IMG/VR virus record: IMGVR_UViG_3300029989_000006
Source of the DNA: a virus
Length of the DNA: 64,000 nt
Reading direction: 5' to 3' (one strand)
The position numbers and the translations under genes were made by a program. Under the pieces are notes generated by a model. The model did no database searches and was not told where the DNA came from. It saw only the letters and a program-made list of their open reading frames with translations. Positions 37,816 through 48,246 of this stretch are shown one piece after another; the first letter of the stretch is position 1, and each line of letters begins with the position of its first letter.

Positions 37816-38165
37816 TGGCGATAACATATCATGCTTTTAGGACATATGATTACAAAGGAGGAGAATTAGTATCAGAGATAAATTTATTTAGACCTGGACT
37901 AATTAGTGAATTAATACATTATATATTAATTTCCTTTTTAGAAGATGTTGATTATGGAGATATTGATGTAGATGATGAGGCTGCTATAAATAGATTTGAA
38001 GTAGAATACCTTAGTAGAGAAGAATGTTTTGAAGAAGTAGAAGATTTTATTGCCGATTATGATCGAACATTAATTATGTATAAATGTGAAGGTAATATAC
38101 TTGAAGAAATTTATTTAGATAGACAATTGTGGAATGAAATGGTTGAAGAATATTTAAATGAGTGA
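37815..38165 (+). CDS. acidic hypothetical protein
   Basis: TGATG-coupled ORF. Confidence 0.62.
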   Translation: MAITYHAFRTYDYKGGELVSEINLFRPGLISELIHYILISFLEDVDYGDIDVDDEAAINRFEVEYLSREECFEEVEDFIADYDRTLIMYKCEGNILEEIYLDRQLWNEMVEEYLNE

Positions 38166-38925
38166 AAACGGAATAACTCTTAAGGAGTTATTAAAAGGTA
38201 AATCTACAATGATTAAGAATAAGGAATTTTTTCCTACTCGTAATTATGTTGAACCTTTTATTGATAGAATGTCCAAATTTACACAAGACTTTCGTTTTGA
38301 TGTAAAGTTACCTGATCAAATGACTGGTAATAAAGAACATACAGATATAACATATAATAGAGTATTAATACAAGCTGTTTTACCTGAATCTCATATGATT
38401 GATAATCATGATGAGGTGATAGGATTTCTGTATGGTATTGATGTAAAGAAACCAGTGGTTAAGATTTACAAAGGACATTTAAATAGGGCTTGCACAAATT
38501 TATGTGTATTCAATCCATCATGGATTAATGTTCAGGAATTAATTCCTGGAGATCCGATTAATTTTAATCCAATTAGTGAATTATTAGAAATGCAGAGTGA
38601 TTTTGCATTAAGACTAAAATCATTAAAAGATACTTATATCAACAGAGATGATAGACGTAGGTATCTTGGGGAATGGGTGGATTATGCTCTTAGAGAATCA
38701 CAAGATTATGGATTTGGTAAAGTTAAGTTGGCGGTAAGTACTCCGATTGATGCGTATAAAGAATTATTTATAAATCAAGAAAGTGAGTATTATGTACCAA
38801 TGGGAATTGATCCAAGTTTATTTGATATATATAACAGTTTTACTCAAATTATCAATGATGATCGCAAAGATCTGATGAATAAATTTGAAAAGACAATAAT
38901 TATTAATAGGCTATTAGGAATATAA
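38158..38925 (+). CDS. DUF932/DUF945-like protein
   Basis: RACTNL motif and C-terminal SLFDIYNSFTQ. Confidence 0.65.
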   Translation: MSENGITLKELLKGKSTMIKNKEFFPTRNYVEPFIDRMSKFTQDFRFDVKLPDQMTGNKEHTDITYNRVLIQAVLPESHMIDNHDEVIGFLYGIDVKKPVVKIYKGHLNRACTNLCVFNPSWINVQELIPGDPINFNPISELLEMQSDFALRLKSLKDTYINRDDRRRYLGEWVDYALRESQDYGFGKVKLAVSTPIDAYKELFINQESEYYVPMGIDPSLFDIYNSFTQIINDDRKDLMNKFEKTIIINRLLGI

Positions 38926-39248
38926 TGGAAGAAAGAGAAAATTTTAGTATTCTTGATTTATTTATACAAAAAGATCAAGAGGATTATTTTTTAGATAATT
39001 TTTATGCATATGAAAATATAGAAGATCAGGATGGAAATCTGTTATTTGAGTTCATTGAAATGACTATATTAGATTTTGATTTAGAAGATAGTTATAGTAA
39101 ACAAAGAGTTATTTACAGAAGAGTTTACGATAATAAATTCTTTGAATTTACTTATGCAAGATTTTATGATGGTCCTGAATTTGAAGAAGAAGGATGGGTT
39201 TTCTTTGAAGTATTTCCTCAAGAAAAATTAATTATTGAATATGTCTAA
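38925..39248 (+). CDS. acidic hypothetical protein
   Basis: Ends EVFPQEK..IEY; coupled ORF. Confidence 0.62.
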   Translation: MEERENFSILDLFIQKDQEDYFLDNFYAYENIEDQDGNLLFEFIEMTILDFDLEDSYSKQRVIYRRVYDNKFFEFTYARFYDGPEFEEEGWVFFEVFPQEKLIIEYV

Positions 39249-40602
39249 TAGTTTTCAACTTGGAGGGGATCAACTTCTTGCAATTGAAACTGTTAAAAAA
39301 TTCTTAAAATCTTCCGATATTGCTATATCTATTTCTGGTTTTGCTGGTACTGGTAAAAGTACTATAACCAAAGAAATAGTGAATTATTTAAACGATGAAT
39401 ATATTTCTTATGTATTATGTGCACCTACTCATATTGCTAAGTTAGTCTTAGAGCAATTTACTGAAGAGGAAGGGATTACATTACATAAATTACTCGCATT
39501 AACCCCTGATATTGAGATCCTTAACTTAGACTTTAAGGATCTCAAATTCTTAACAAATAATAAAATAAGTTTATTTCCTGCAAAAGGTGTTGTTATTTGT
39601 GATGAATCATCAATGGTTAATGATGAATTATTTGATCTACTGATTATGAAAGCCCACGAATATTTTGCAAAGATAATATTCGTGGGTGATGAAAAACAGC
39701 TTAGACCAGTAACTGCGTTAACTCATTCAAAAGTATTTAATTTACCTAATAAAATAACACTGAATAAAATCTATCGACAATCTTCTGAAAGTGGCTTAGT
39801 TCCAATACTTCCAGTTTTAAGGGAAAGAATTATAGATAGATTTTATGATTCTATTGGAACAAAAGGTTCTCTTACTTGTCATACAGATATGAGAGACTTT
39901 TTTTCTAAAATTATACCAGCATTTAGAATTGCAATTGAAAATAAGGATATTTTAGAGACAAAAGTATTAGCTTATACAAATGATAGAGTCGGTGTATTTA
40001 ATAGAAAAGTAAAAGAGATTATATTTGGTTTAGAGAATGAGTACAGTAAATCTGAATTTTTAACTTGTTATGAAAATCTGGAATTTAATAATATGAATTT
40101 TTGGAACTCAATGACATATATTGTTGTTAGTGATCCAGTTAAGATTAGTATTGAAATTCCATATTTTATGTCATTGCCAGGTTATAGATTAAATTTATAT
40201 GATGCGGCAAATGATGTAACTGGATATGTCTGTATTTTAAGTAAGTATATTTCAAAAGAGTATCTTGATTCTTTATGTTTTGTAATTGAATCTACTAGAT
40301 TAGATGCAATTGAATTAAAACGAAGAAGATCAAGAGATGCTTCAAAAAGATGGAGGCAATATTATGAAATCATAAATAGTTTTGCTTCACCAATGGATTT
40401 ATATTTTGATAATAGGTTGATTAGAAAGAAATCATTTGATTATGGTTATGCTTGCACAATCCATAAGGCACAAGGCCAGACGATGAATGACGTATTCATA
40501 GATATGAAGAATGTTTCAATTTGTAGAGATCCAGATGAATTAAGACAGCTACAATATGTATCTGTATCTAGAGCTAAAAATAACGTATTTATATATCAAT
40601 AA
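39241..40602 (+). CDS. Dda/RecD-like SF1B helicase
   Basis: GFAGTGKS, APTH, DESSM, GD..QL.PV, YRQ, YACTIHKAQG, YVSVSRA. Confidence 0.92.
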   Translation: MSNSFQLGGDQLLAIETVKKFLKSSDIAISISGFAGTGKSTITKEIVNYLNDEYISYVLCAPTHIAKLVLEQFTEEEGITLHKLLALTPDIEILNLDFKDLKFLTNNKISLFPAKGVVICDESSMVNDELFDLLIMKAHEYFAKIIFVGDEKQLRPVTALTHSKVFNLPNKITLNKIYRQSSESGLVPILPVLRERIIDRFYDSIGTKGSLTCHTDMRDFFSKIIPAFRIAIENKDILETKVLAYTNDRVGVFNRKVKEIIFGLENEYSKSEFLTCYENLEFNNMNFWNSMTYIVVSDPVKISIEIPYFMSLPGYRLNLYDAANDVTGYVCILSKYISKEYLDSLCFVIESTRLDAIELKRRRSRDASKRWRQYYEIINSFASPMDLYFDNRLIRKKSFDYGYACTIHKAQGQTMNDVFIDMKNVSICRDPDELRQLQYVSVSRAKNNVFIYQ

Positions 40603-40880
40603 TGAAGATAATTAAAGTCATATATGACAGTAATTGTAAGTTTATTTTAGATATAATAAATAATTTACCTAATAAAAGAATCTTTATTGAGACTTATAAT
40701 TATGAGAGTAAGGCTGAACAAAAAACTGCAAGAGGAATTTTAACTCGTTTTGGAACTAAGAATTTACCATTAATAGTTTTTGAAGATGAGAATTTAGTAG
40801 AATATAACGCTATTTGGAGTGAAAGAAATCCAAATTGGGAAGAAGAAATTAATAAAATACTTAATGATGAAAACTCTTAA
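40602..40880 (+). CDS. thioredoxin/glutaredoxin-like fold protein (no CxxC)
   Basis: SNCK...FGTKNLPLIVF; adjacent to RNR. Confidence 0.45.
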   Translation: MKIIKVIYDSNCKFILDIINNLPNKRIFIETYNYESKAEQKTARGILTRFGTKNLPLIVFEDENLVEYNAIWSERNPNWEEEINKILNDENS

Positions 40881-41052
40881 AGGTTATTTTTATATTAATA
40901 CAGGTTATATAGGTTCTCAAAGAGAAGAATCCTTTAATATTACAGTAGATGACAGTGTGTCAGGTGATTCTATATTAGAAGAAATGTTTGATAATTTTAT
41001 GTATAATATAGATAAAGGATGGATAATTGAAGAAGAAAATATAATTGATTAA
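40864..41052 (+). CDS. hypothetical protein
   Basis: Short ORF in operon. Confidence 0.5.
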   Translation: MMKTLKGYFYINTGYIGSQREESFNITVDDSVSGDSILEEMFDNFMYNIDKGWIIEEENIID

Positions 41053-41053
41053 T

Positions 41054-43600
41054 ATGGAAGAATACTTTAAAAATGATGAACTAGCATATGATGCTTGGAG
41101 AAGCAAGTATCAATTAAATAATGAGACATTAGAGGAATTTTTTATTAGAATTGCTAGAGAATTTGATAGATTAGATAACTTTCCTCAATGTTTAAAACTT
41201 GATGAAGATAAATTTAAAAAATTATCTCCTTATGGTCAATCTAGAATTAAGGAGGATAAATACGAATTGTTTTTAGGCTTATTTAAAGATTTTAAATATA
41301 TTATTCCTGGTGGATCTGTATTAGCTGGAATCGGTGGTACTAAACCTGTTTCTTTATCAAATTGTTTTGTATTAGAAACAGATGATTCTATTGAACCGAT
41401 TTTTGATACTGCTAAAGCAATGGCCCAGATTTATAAAAGAAGAGGTGGTGTAGGAGTAGATTTATCTTCATTAAGACCACGTGGCGCAGGAGTAAACAAT
41501 GCTGCAAATACAACAAGTGGTATAGTTCCATTTATGGAATTATATAGCCAAACTACTAATACTATTGGACAAGAAGGTAGACGTGGTGCGTTAATGCTTT
41601 CTGTTGATATTAATCATCCAGATAGTCCTGAATTTATTACAAGTAAACAGAATTTAACTAAAATTACAGGAGCTAATATCTCTGTTAAGTTAAATAATGA
41701 ATTTAAAAAGGCTGTTGAAAATAATAAGGATTATATTTTAAGATGGCCCACAAATGTAGATTTATCTACTTATCCTGACGATGATTTAACACTTATTCCT
41801 TATAATAAATTAATTATGTTATGGGAAGGATTGTATGTTAAAAAAGTTAAAGCTTTAGAAGTATGGAATTCTATAATTGAATGTGCTTGGAATACTGCTG
41901 AACCTGGTATACTATTTTGGGATAACATTATTGATAATGATCCTGCAAGTGTATATCCTGAGTTTAAAGCAGTATCAACCAATCCCTGTGGTGAAATACC
42001 CCTTTCTCCTTATGATTCTTGTAGATTAATTGCAACTAATTTATTTAGTTTAGTATATAAACCATTTACTACGGAAGCCTATCTTAATTTAGAAAAGGCA
42101 TATGAAATATTTTATGAAGCTCAGATTATTGCTGATATCTTAGTTGATTTGGAAATAGAATATGTTCAAAGGATTATTGATAAAACTGAAGGTGCTGAAA
42201 AGGAACTTTGGATTAAGATCAAAGAAATTGGACAAAAAGGTCGTAGAACCGGAACTGGTTTAACTGGTTTAGGTGATATGTTTGCGGCTCTTGATGTTCC
42301 TTATGGTGATGAAACTACTTTACATACTATAATGAGAACTAAAATGGAGGCTGAATTTGATGCATCTATTGACTTAGCAATTATTAATGACCCATTTCCA
42401 GCATATTCTGTAAGTAATGAATGGGATAATTATGATGAAACTGATATTGGGCCAACTATGGGAAATAATCCATTTTATGAATATTTCCAATGGAATTTTC
42501 CTAATCAATTTAAAAGAATGATTCAAAATGGTCGTAGAAACATTTCAATCTCAACAATTGCTCCAACTGGAACTATTAGTTTAATGGCTGGAGTTACAAG
42601 TGGTGGAGAACCCTTATATGATTATTATTATAGAAGAAGAAGAAAATGCAATCCTGGAGAAACTCCTGATTTTACTGATCAAAATGGGATAGGGTTTATG
42701 GAATATAATGTAATCCATCCTAAATTTAAAGAATGGGCACATATTATTGCAGGACCTATAGTTCCTCTTGATAATATGACTACTGGTGAATTAAATATTC
42801 TTGTAAAACAATCTCCTTGGTATAATCAAATAGCTGAAAAAATTGATCCTTCTGTAAGAATTAAAACTCAATCTATTTTACAACAGTACACAACTCATTC
42901 TATTAGTTCTACTATTAACTTAGCTGAATCTACCACAAAAGAACAAATTGATTTTTTGTATAGAGAAGCTTGGAATAGTAATCTTAAAGGAGTTACAGTA
43001 TACCGTGACAATTGTAGAACTGGAATTTTACTTAAAAGTGAAGCTTCTAAACCAATTATCGAAGAAAGACCTACTGAAATAGAATGTAAAGTTGAGCATT
43101 TTAAGAATGAAAAAAAGGATTGGATTGCTTTTGTTGGACTTCTTAATGATTTTCCATATGAGATATTTACTGGTCCAAAAGATTTAGATGTATTTCCTAT
43201 TCCTAGTAGTGTTATTTCTGGTAAAATTATAAAAGTACGTCAAGAGGATGGAACTTCAAGATATGATTTTAGGTATGTAGATTCTTATGGATATACAAAT
43301 ACCTTAGGAGGATTATCAAGAGTATTCGATAAAGAACATTGGAATTACGGTAGATTATTGTCTGCATTGCTAAGACAAAATATGGAAATTGTAAAACTTG
43401 TAAAAGTTGTAGAAGGACTTATTTTCAGTAATAAAGGTATGAATACTTGGAAAGCTGGTGTTATAAGAGCATTGAAAACATTTATTCCTGATGGAACAAA
43501 AGTTCATGGTGAAATCTGTGAAAATTGTGGTGGTACAAATGTAATTTATAATAATGGATGTAAAGAATGTAGAGACTGTGGCAGTAGCAAATGTGGATAA
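41054..43600 (+). CDS. nrdJ: class II (adenosylcobalamin-dependent) ribonucleotide reductase
   Basis: SNCF, RRGA, TNPCGE, IAPTGTIS, KGVTVYR, C-terminal zinc ribbon; no small subunit gene nearby. Confidence 0.92.
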   Translation: MEEYFKNDELAYDAWRSKYQLNNETLEEFFIRIAREFDRLDNFPQCLKLDEDKFKKLSPYGQSRIKEDKYELFLGLFKDFKYIIPGGSVLAGIGGTKPVSLSNCFVLETDDSIEPIFDTAKAMAQIYKRRGGVGVDLSSLRPRGAGVNNAANTTSGIVPFMELYSQTTNTIGQEGRRGALMLSVDINHPDSPEFITSKQNLTKITGANISVKLNNEFKKAVENNKDYILRWPTNVDLSTYPDDDLTLIPYNKLIMLWEGLYVKKVKALEVWNSIIECAWNTAEPGILFWDNIIDNDPASVYPEFKAVSTNPCGEIPLSPYDSCRLIATNLFSLVYKPFTTEAYLNLEKAYEIFYEAQIIADILVDLEIEYVQRIIDKTEGAEKELWIKIKEIGQKGRRTGTGLTGLGDMFAALDVPYGDETTLHTIMRTKMEAEFDASIDLAIINDPFPAYSVSNEWDNYDETDIGPTMGNNPFYEYFQWNFPNQFKRMIQNGRRNISISTIAPTGTISLMAGVTSGGEPLYDYYYRRRRKCNPGETPDFTDQNGIGFMEYNVIHPKFKEWAHIIAGPIVPLDNMTTGELNILVKQSPWYNQIAEKIDPSVRIKTQSILQQYTTHSISSTINLAESTTKEQIDFLYREAWNSNLKGVTVYRDNCRTGILLKSEASKPIIEERPTEIECKVEHFKNEKKDWIAFVGLLNDFPYEIFTGPKDLDVFPIPSSVISGKIIKVRQEDGTSRYDFRYVDSYGYTNTLGGLSRVFDKEHWNYGRLLSALLRQNMEIVKLVKVVEGLIFSNKGMNTWKAGVIRALKTFIPDGTKVHGEICENCGGTNVIYNNGCKECRDCGSSKCG

Positions 43601-44014
43601 ATGACTAATGAACAAATTTTAGAAGGTAATAAACTAATTGCTGAATTTATGGGTTATGAAATACCAAAACAAACTCATAAACTAGATTGGATCTATTATA
43701 AAGGAGTATTACAAAATATGCTATTTCATTATTCTTGGGATTGGTTAATTCCAGTAGTTGGAAAGATTGAATCTATCTATGATAAGCATCATGGACATTT
43801 TGGAGTACATATTTCAAGTAATACTTGTTCAATACAAGGCACTAATTTATGGAAATCTTTAGAAATGGAAGTGGATAATAATGAATCTATAACAAGACCA
43901 TATGGCTATGTTTATTGTTCAGATTCAAATGTTATATTTGATACTAAAATAGAAAGTACCTGGTATAATGTAGTAGAATTTATTAAGTGGTACAATAATT
44001 ACAAAGAAAAATGA
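43601..44014 (+). CDS. phage hypothetical protein
   Basis: NKLIAEFMG...SWDWLIPVV.KIE motif. Confidence 0.7.
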   Translation: MTNEQILEGNKLIAEFMGYEIPKQTHKLDWIYYKGVLQNMLFHYSWDWLIPVVGKIESIYDKHHGHFGVHISSNTCSIQGTNLWKSLEMEVDNNESITRPYGYVYCSDSNVIFDTKIESTWYNVVEFIKWYNNYKEK

Positions 44015-44301
44015 GTAAATATATTTATATCCAAGCGGATACTAATGACGGTGATTACATTAGTGAATTAAATGAAATAGATGAAGAAGATTTAGTATCA
44101 ATTCTTCCTATTATTCAACAAGTTGCTAATAATTTTGGAGATTTTGGAATGGGAGAATTTGGAGATTCTGCTGATAAACTTTATGGAGAAATAGATAATT
44201 ATGATTTATTTAGACAATTTGTTCCCAGAGGAGAATATGGAATTCATACAATTGTCGAAATAAGAATTTTGGAAGTAACAAGTGATAAAAAATTATTATA
44301 A
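44011..44301 (+). CDS. hypothetical protein
   Basis: DTNDGDY...GIHTI motif. Confidence 0.65.
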   Translation: MSKYIYIQADTNDGDYISELNEIDEEDLVSILPIIQQVANNFGDFGMGEFGDSADKLYGEIDNYDLFRQFVPRGEYGIHTIVEIRILEVTSDKKLL

Positions 44302-44501
44302 TGGTAGTATTTTTTGAAGAAAGAGATTTACTTTCTTTTGGTTTATTTATGGTGTCAGATTTTAGGAAAACAGCTTATATTAATTCTATGAAAGAAACTC
44401 CTGCATTAGTTCCACAAGTTTTAAGTGAATGTGGGCAGGATGATTTAGAATTATGGATGTATTATAAACAAAATACAGAAAAGGGACAAGAAGATGCTTA
44501 A
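44301..44501 (+). CDS. hypothetical protein
   Basis: Coupled ORF. Confidence 0.6.
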   Translation: MVVFFEERDLLSFGLFMVSDFRKTAYINSMKETPALVPQVLSECGQDDLELWMYYKQNTEKGQEDA

Positions 44502-44940
44502 TGTTCAGGTAATAAATAAATCATATAATGATTTACCAGAATATTCTACAAAAGGATCTGCTGGAATGGATGTAAGAGCAAATGTAATAAATGAAGTTGG
44601 TTATATTACTCTTTATCCTAATGAAACAAAGTTAATCCCAACTGGATTGTTTTTTGCAGTACCAGAAGGATATGAAATGCAAATTAGACCTAGAAGTGGT
44701 CTTGCATTGAAAAATGAAATTACAGTTCTAAATACTCCTGGCACTTTAGATAGTGATTATATTGGTGAGTTGGGAATTATTTTACATAATTTCGGGAAAA
44801 GCACATTCTTTATAAATAATGGTGATAGAATTGCTCAGATAGTGTTCAATAAATACGAATCCGCAGTATTAGAATCTGTTTCACAATTAAATGAAACTAA
44901 TAGAGGAACTAGTGGATTTGGATCAACTGGTATTAAATAG
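44494..44940 (+). CDS. dut: dUTPase (trimeric)
   Basis: AGMD, RSGLA, GTLDSDYIGE, GDRIAQ, RG..GFGSTG. Confidence 0.95.
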   Translation: MLNVQVINKSYNDLPEYSTKGSAGMDVRANVINEVGYITLYPNETKLIPTGLFFAVPEGYEMQIRPRSGLALKNEITVLNTPGTLDSDYIGELGIILHNFGKSTFFINNGDRIAQIVFNKYESAVLESVSQLNETNRGTSGFGSTGIK

Positions 44941-44941
44941 T

Positions 44942-45283
44942 ATGAAAATAGTACTAAGAAATGAATATTCAGTAACTATGCCAAAGGTGTTTATTACTGA
45001 AATTGATTTTAATATAGAAGAATTTTTAAAAGATTCAGAAATACATGATGAAGATGATTTAAGATACAGATTAGAGGATTTAATATGGGATGCTAATTAT
45101 CAATATTTTGATAATGGGGATGAAGACATAGAAAATGATGATTTAGAAACTTTCATTGAAAATATAAATGAATTAGTTGAAAAATATTCATATTTAATTA
45201 TCACTGAGTTAAAAGAAACATGTTGTAATAGCGCTACTGAAGAATCCAATTTTTGTAATATTTGTGGTAAAAAATTAAAGTAA
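44942..45283 (+). CDS. acidic protein with C-terminal zinc ribbon
   Basis: CC...FCNICG. Confidence 0.62.
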   Translation: MKIVLRNEYSVTMPKVFITEIDFNIEEFLKDSEIHDEDDLRYRLEDLIWDANYQYFDNGDEDIENDDLETFIENINELVEKYSYLIITELKETCCNSATEESNFCNICGKKLK

Positions 45284-45660
45284 TGACAAGGTTAGAAGGA
45301 TTAATTGAGGTTTTAAAAGAGAATGATTTTGACAATGAAGTAATAGATGAACTTATTTTAAAATATTATTCAACACAAGATGATATTACATTTTATTCAG
45401 AAGGATATACTTTTAAAGTATATACAAATGATGAAATGGAAGATAATTTATATGAGATTGCTGATGTAATTTATTGTGAGGTTATATCAGATATGCAAAG
45501 AACTACCAGAAATATAACATATAGTGATTATGTTCTTGAAGAATTAAAGCGTGATAATATAATAGATAATATTTCTAAAGACTTAAATTATTTTGAAGAA
45601 AAAGAAGATTGTTTATTTTTAGGTGAAACTGGTAGATATACAGTTTGTGAGTTAGTATAA
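45283..45660 (+). CDS. acidic hypothetical protein
   Basis: Coupled ORF. Confidence 0.62.
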   Translation: MTRLEGLIEVLKENDFDNEVIDELILKYYSTQDDITFYSEGYTFKVYTNDEMEDNLYEIADVIYCEVISDMQRTTRNITYSDYVLEELKRDNIIDNISKDLNYFEEKEDCLFLGETGRYTVCELV

Positions 45661-46142
45661 TGGAAGAAAAAGAGTTTAAGAAATATAGATATTTAGGTTA
45701 TTGGTATCCAGGAGTTCCAGAACACTGGAAACCAATAGTCCTAAATATGTTAAAAGAAATGGATGAATATATTAAACCTAAGTTAGTTCCTAGGTTTATA
45801 TATAATTGGGTTGCATGGTTTGCAAGAAGAGGAAGTGTTGTAAATGTTTCAAATAATTTTTGGTATAAAATTTCATATTATTTAAATAAAGGGAATTTTA
45901 TTACTGATATTAAAGATAAATATGCAACTTTAAGAGTTTATGGTTATTTTGATAATTCTGTTGATGAAATAATTGAAAAAGCTGAAAAACTTTGTGAGAA
46001 TACTTGTGAACGATGTGGTGGAACTGAAGAAGTAAAAGATATAGCAATTAAAGGATGGGTAACCAATCTTTGTATTAATTGTAGAACTGAATTAAAGCCA
46101 AAAAAGAATGATAGTAATATCGGAAATAGTACTAGTAAGTAG
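45660..46142 (+). CDS. phage protein with C-terminal zinc finger
   Basis: IKDKYATLRVY...CERCG...LCINC. Confidence 0.7.
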   Translation: MEEKEFKKYRYLGYWYPGVPEHWKPIVLNMLKEMDEYIKPKLVPRFIYNWVAWFARRGSVVNVSNNFWYKISYYLNKGNFITDIKDKYATLRVYGYFDNSVDEIIEKAEKLCENTCERCGGTEEVKDIAIKGWVTNLCINCRTELKPKKNDSNIGNSTSK

Positions 46143-47262
46143 AAATGCACGTGATAAAGTTCAGGTTGCAATTACATCATTAAGTCAGAATGGTAATTCT
46201 TTTATTATTAATAGAAAAACTGGTCAGTATAAAGGAAAAATGTCAGTTCAACCTGAGTTAGTTATTGAAAAAGGTAAAGCAAAAAGGTCTGTAATTCAGC
46301 AAGCAGAGTTAGAATTTAATAGTATTATTAATAAATATTGTGATAAAGGTTATAAAAAACTACATAATTTAACTGATACTAAATTTGAAGAAATAGAAGA
46401 TTCTGAACTTAATGAATTAGTTCCAACCATTAAAAGTGATGATAATGGAAACAATAAACCTATGTTAGCTAAATCATTTGATGATTGTCAGAATTCTGTA
46501 TTGGAAAAACCAATGTATTGTTCTCGAAAACTTAATGGAGTTCGCTGTCTTATTAGGCAGGGTAGTACTAGTAGTAGAGGTGGTAAAGATTATGATTGTT
46601 CTACTATAAAAATTATGGAAGAACTTGAAGATTTCTTTATTGATCATCCAGATATAGTTCTGGATGGTGAATTATATATTCATGGGGAGTTTCTACAAAG
46701 AATTTCTGGTATTGCAAGATTAAAAACTTGGGAATCTAGGTGTGATAGATTACAATATTGGATTTATGATATAGCTTCTGAAACTGAAACTTTTGAAGAA
46801 AGATTAGAAACTTTAAAAGAAATGCAGGAGATATTTAAATCTGCTACATATGTTAAAGTTTTAGAGCACGTACTTACTGAGGGTTGGGATAAAGTTAAAA
46901 CTTTACATGATAAATGGGTGGCTGAGGGATTTGAAGGATTAGTCGCAAGAAAACCTGATAAGGTTTATCAATTTGGAAAGAGAAATTCTACAATGATTAA
47001 GTTAAAAATGACTAAAGATGATGAGTTTGAAATTATTGATTATAAAGATGGGTTAAGACCTGAAGATTTTGTATTCGTATGTCAAACTAAATCAGGTAAA
47101 GTTTTTGAAGCTAAACCATTAGGAAGTAGAGAATTAAAAGCAGAATATTTAGAGAATATTGATAATATTATTGGTAAAATGGGAACTGTTAGATACTTTG
47201 AATTATCAAAGGATGGAATTCCATTACAGACAAGATTATTAGCAATCAGGGATTACGAATAA
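46108..47262 (+). CDS. ATP-dependent DNA ligase
   Basis: PMLA, KLNGVR, LDGELY, EGLV, KLK. Confidence 0.92.
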   Translation: MIVISEIVLVSRNARDKVQVAITSLSQNGNSFIINRKTGQYKGKMSVQPELVIEKGKAKRSVIQQAELEFNSIINKYCDKGYKKLHNLTDTKFEEIEDSELNELVPTIKSDDNGNNKPMLAKSFDDCQNSVLEKPMYCSRKLNGVRCLIRQGSTSSRGGKDYDCSTIKIMEELEDFFIDHPDIVLDGELYIHGEFLQRISGIARLKTWESRCDRLQYWIYDIASETETFEERLETLKEMQEIFKSATYVKVLEHVLTEGWDKVKTLHDKWVAEGFEGLVARKPDKVYQFGKRNSTMIKLKMTKDDEFEIIDYKDGLRPEDFVFVCQTKSGKVFEAKPLGSRELKAEYLENIDNIIGKMGTVRYFELSKDGIPLQTRLLAIRDYE

Positions 47263-47272
47263 AAATTAAATT

Positions 47273-47485
47273 ATGAAATTTAGAAAAGTAGTTGAGACTT
47301 ATATCTTAAATGAAGAATTATTAGATATGGTAAATGAAGTTTTAGAATGTGATGATAAAGAACCTTTAACAACTTTGGAAAATTTAACAATTGAGAATTA
47401 CATTGAAATCTTTGGAGAAGATTGGTTTTATGAGGAATTTGAATATGCAAGTGATGATAATTCAGTAATTACGATTGTTGAATAA
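47273..47485 (+). CDS. small acidic protein
   Basis: ORF. Confidence 0.6.
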   Translation: MKFRKVVETYILNEELLDMVNEVLECDDKEPLTTLENLTIENYIEIFGEDWFYEEFEYASDDNSVITIVE

Positions 47486-47491
47486 AAATGA

Positions 47492-47740
47492 ATGACTGCA
47501 AACGAATTCAATAAGAAATATGCAGACTTTATAGTTAAGCGACATCCTGGATGTTGTTTAATTAATAAGTCTGTTATTGATTATTTAGACAGAGAATTTG
47601 AGGAATTGATTAAAATCCCAGGTTTTCAATTCCACGAGATTAAACCAAGGTTTAATTTCTTTAGATTAACAGGAACAGATTTATCTCAAGAAAAGATTTG
47701 GGAGATTGAGAATAAATTATATGAATTACATAAACAATGA
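47492..47740 (+). CDS. hypothetical protein
   Basis: ORF; ATGA overlap. Confidence 0.6.
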   Translation: MTANEFNKKYADFIVKRHPGCCLINKSVIDYLDREFEELIKIPGFQFHEIKPRFNFFRLTGTDLSQEKIWEIENKLYELHKQ

Positions 47741-48246
47741 AATTAATAATAAAAGAAAAATCAAAATCACAACTTAGGGAAGTTTATGTTATTGAAGTTG
47801 ATTTTATGTTTGGGGACGCAGATGGTAATGAAACTTTAACTTTTGAGTTTTCTGAAGCAGAGTATGCAGATTTATATTTTGCAGATGAAGTGCATTCATT
47901 TATTAAATCTATATTAGAAGCAATTGATATAGATCGTCTAGGAAGAGGTGGTTTTGAATCTTCAAGAGAATGTATAAGATGGTATGGTTTAGGTCAGGAT
48001 TATACATGGAAAAATAATAAAATGGCATATGTTGAAGTACATAATCCAGTTTATCAGTGGAATAGATTTTGTGAAGATGATTATGATATTGAAGAATTTG
48101 AAGAGTTAGAATTTAGATCGGATAGATTTTTATATAGCATCCCAACTTACTCTGATAGATGGTATGGTTCATATGAATCTATTACCATTTCATATTATGA
48201 TGATCAAGGATATAAATATTTAGTAGAAATTGATGAGAAAAATTAG
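47737..48246 (+). CDS. acidic hypothetical protein
   Basis: 169 aa ORF. Confidence 0.65.
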   Translation: MKLIIKEKSKSQLREVYVIEVDFMFGDADGNETLTFEFSEAEYADLYFADEVHSFIKSILEAIDIDRLGRGGFESSRECIRWYGLGQDYTWKNNKMAYVEVHNPVYQWNRFCEDDYDIEEFEELEFRSDRFLYSIPTYSDRWYGSYESITISYYDDQGYKYLVEIDEKN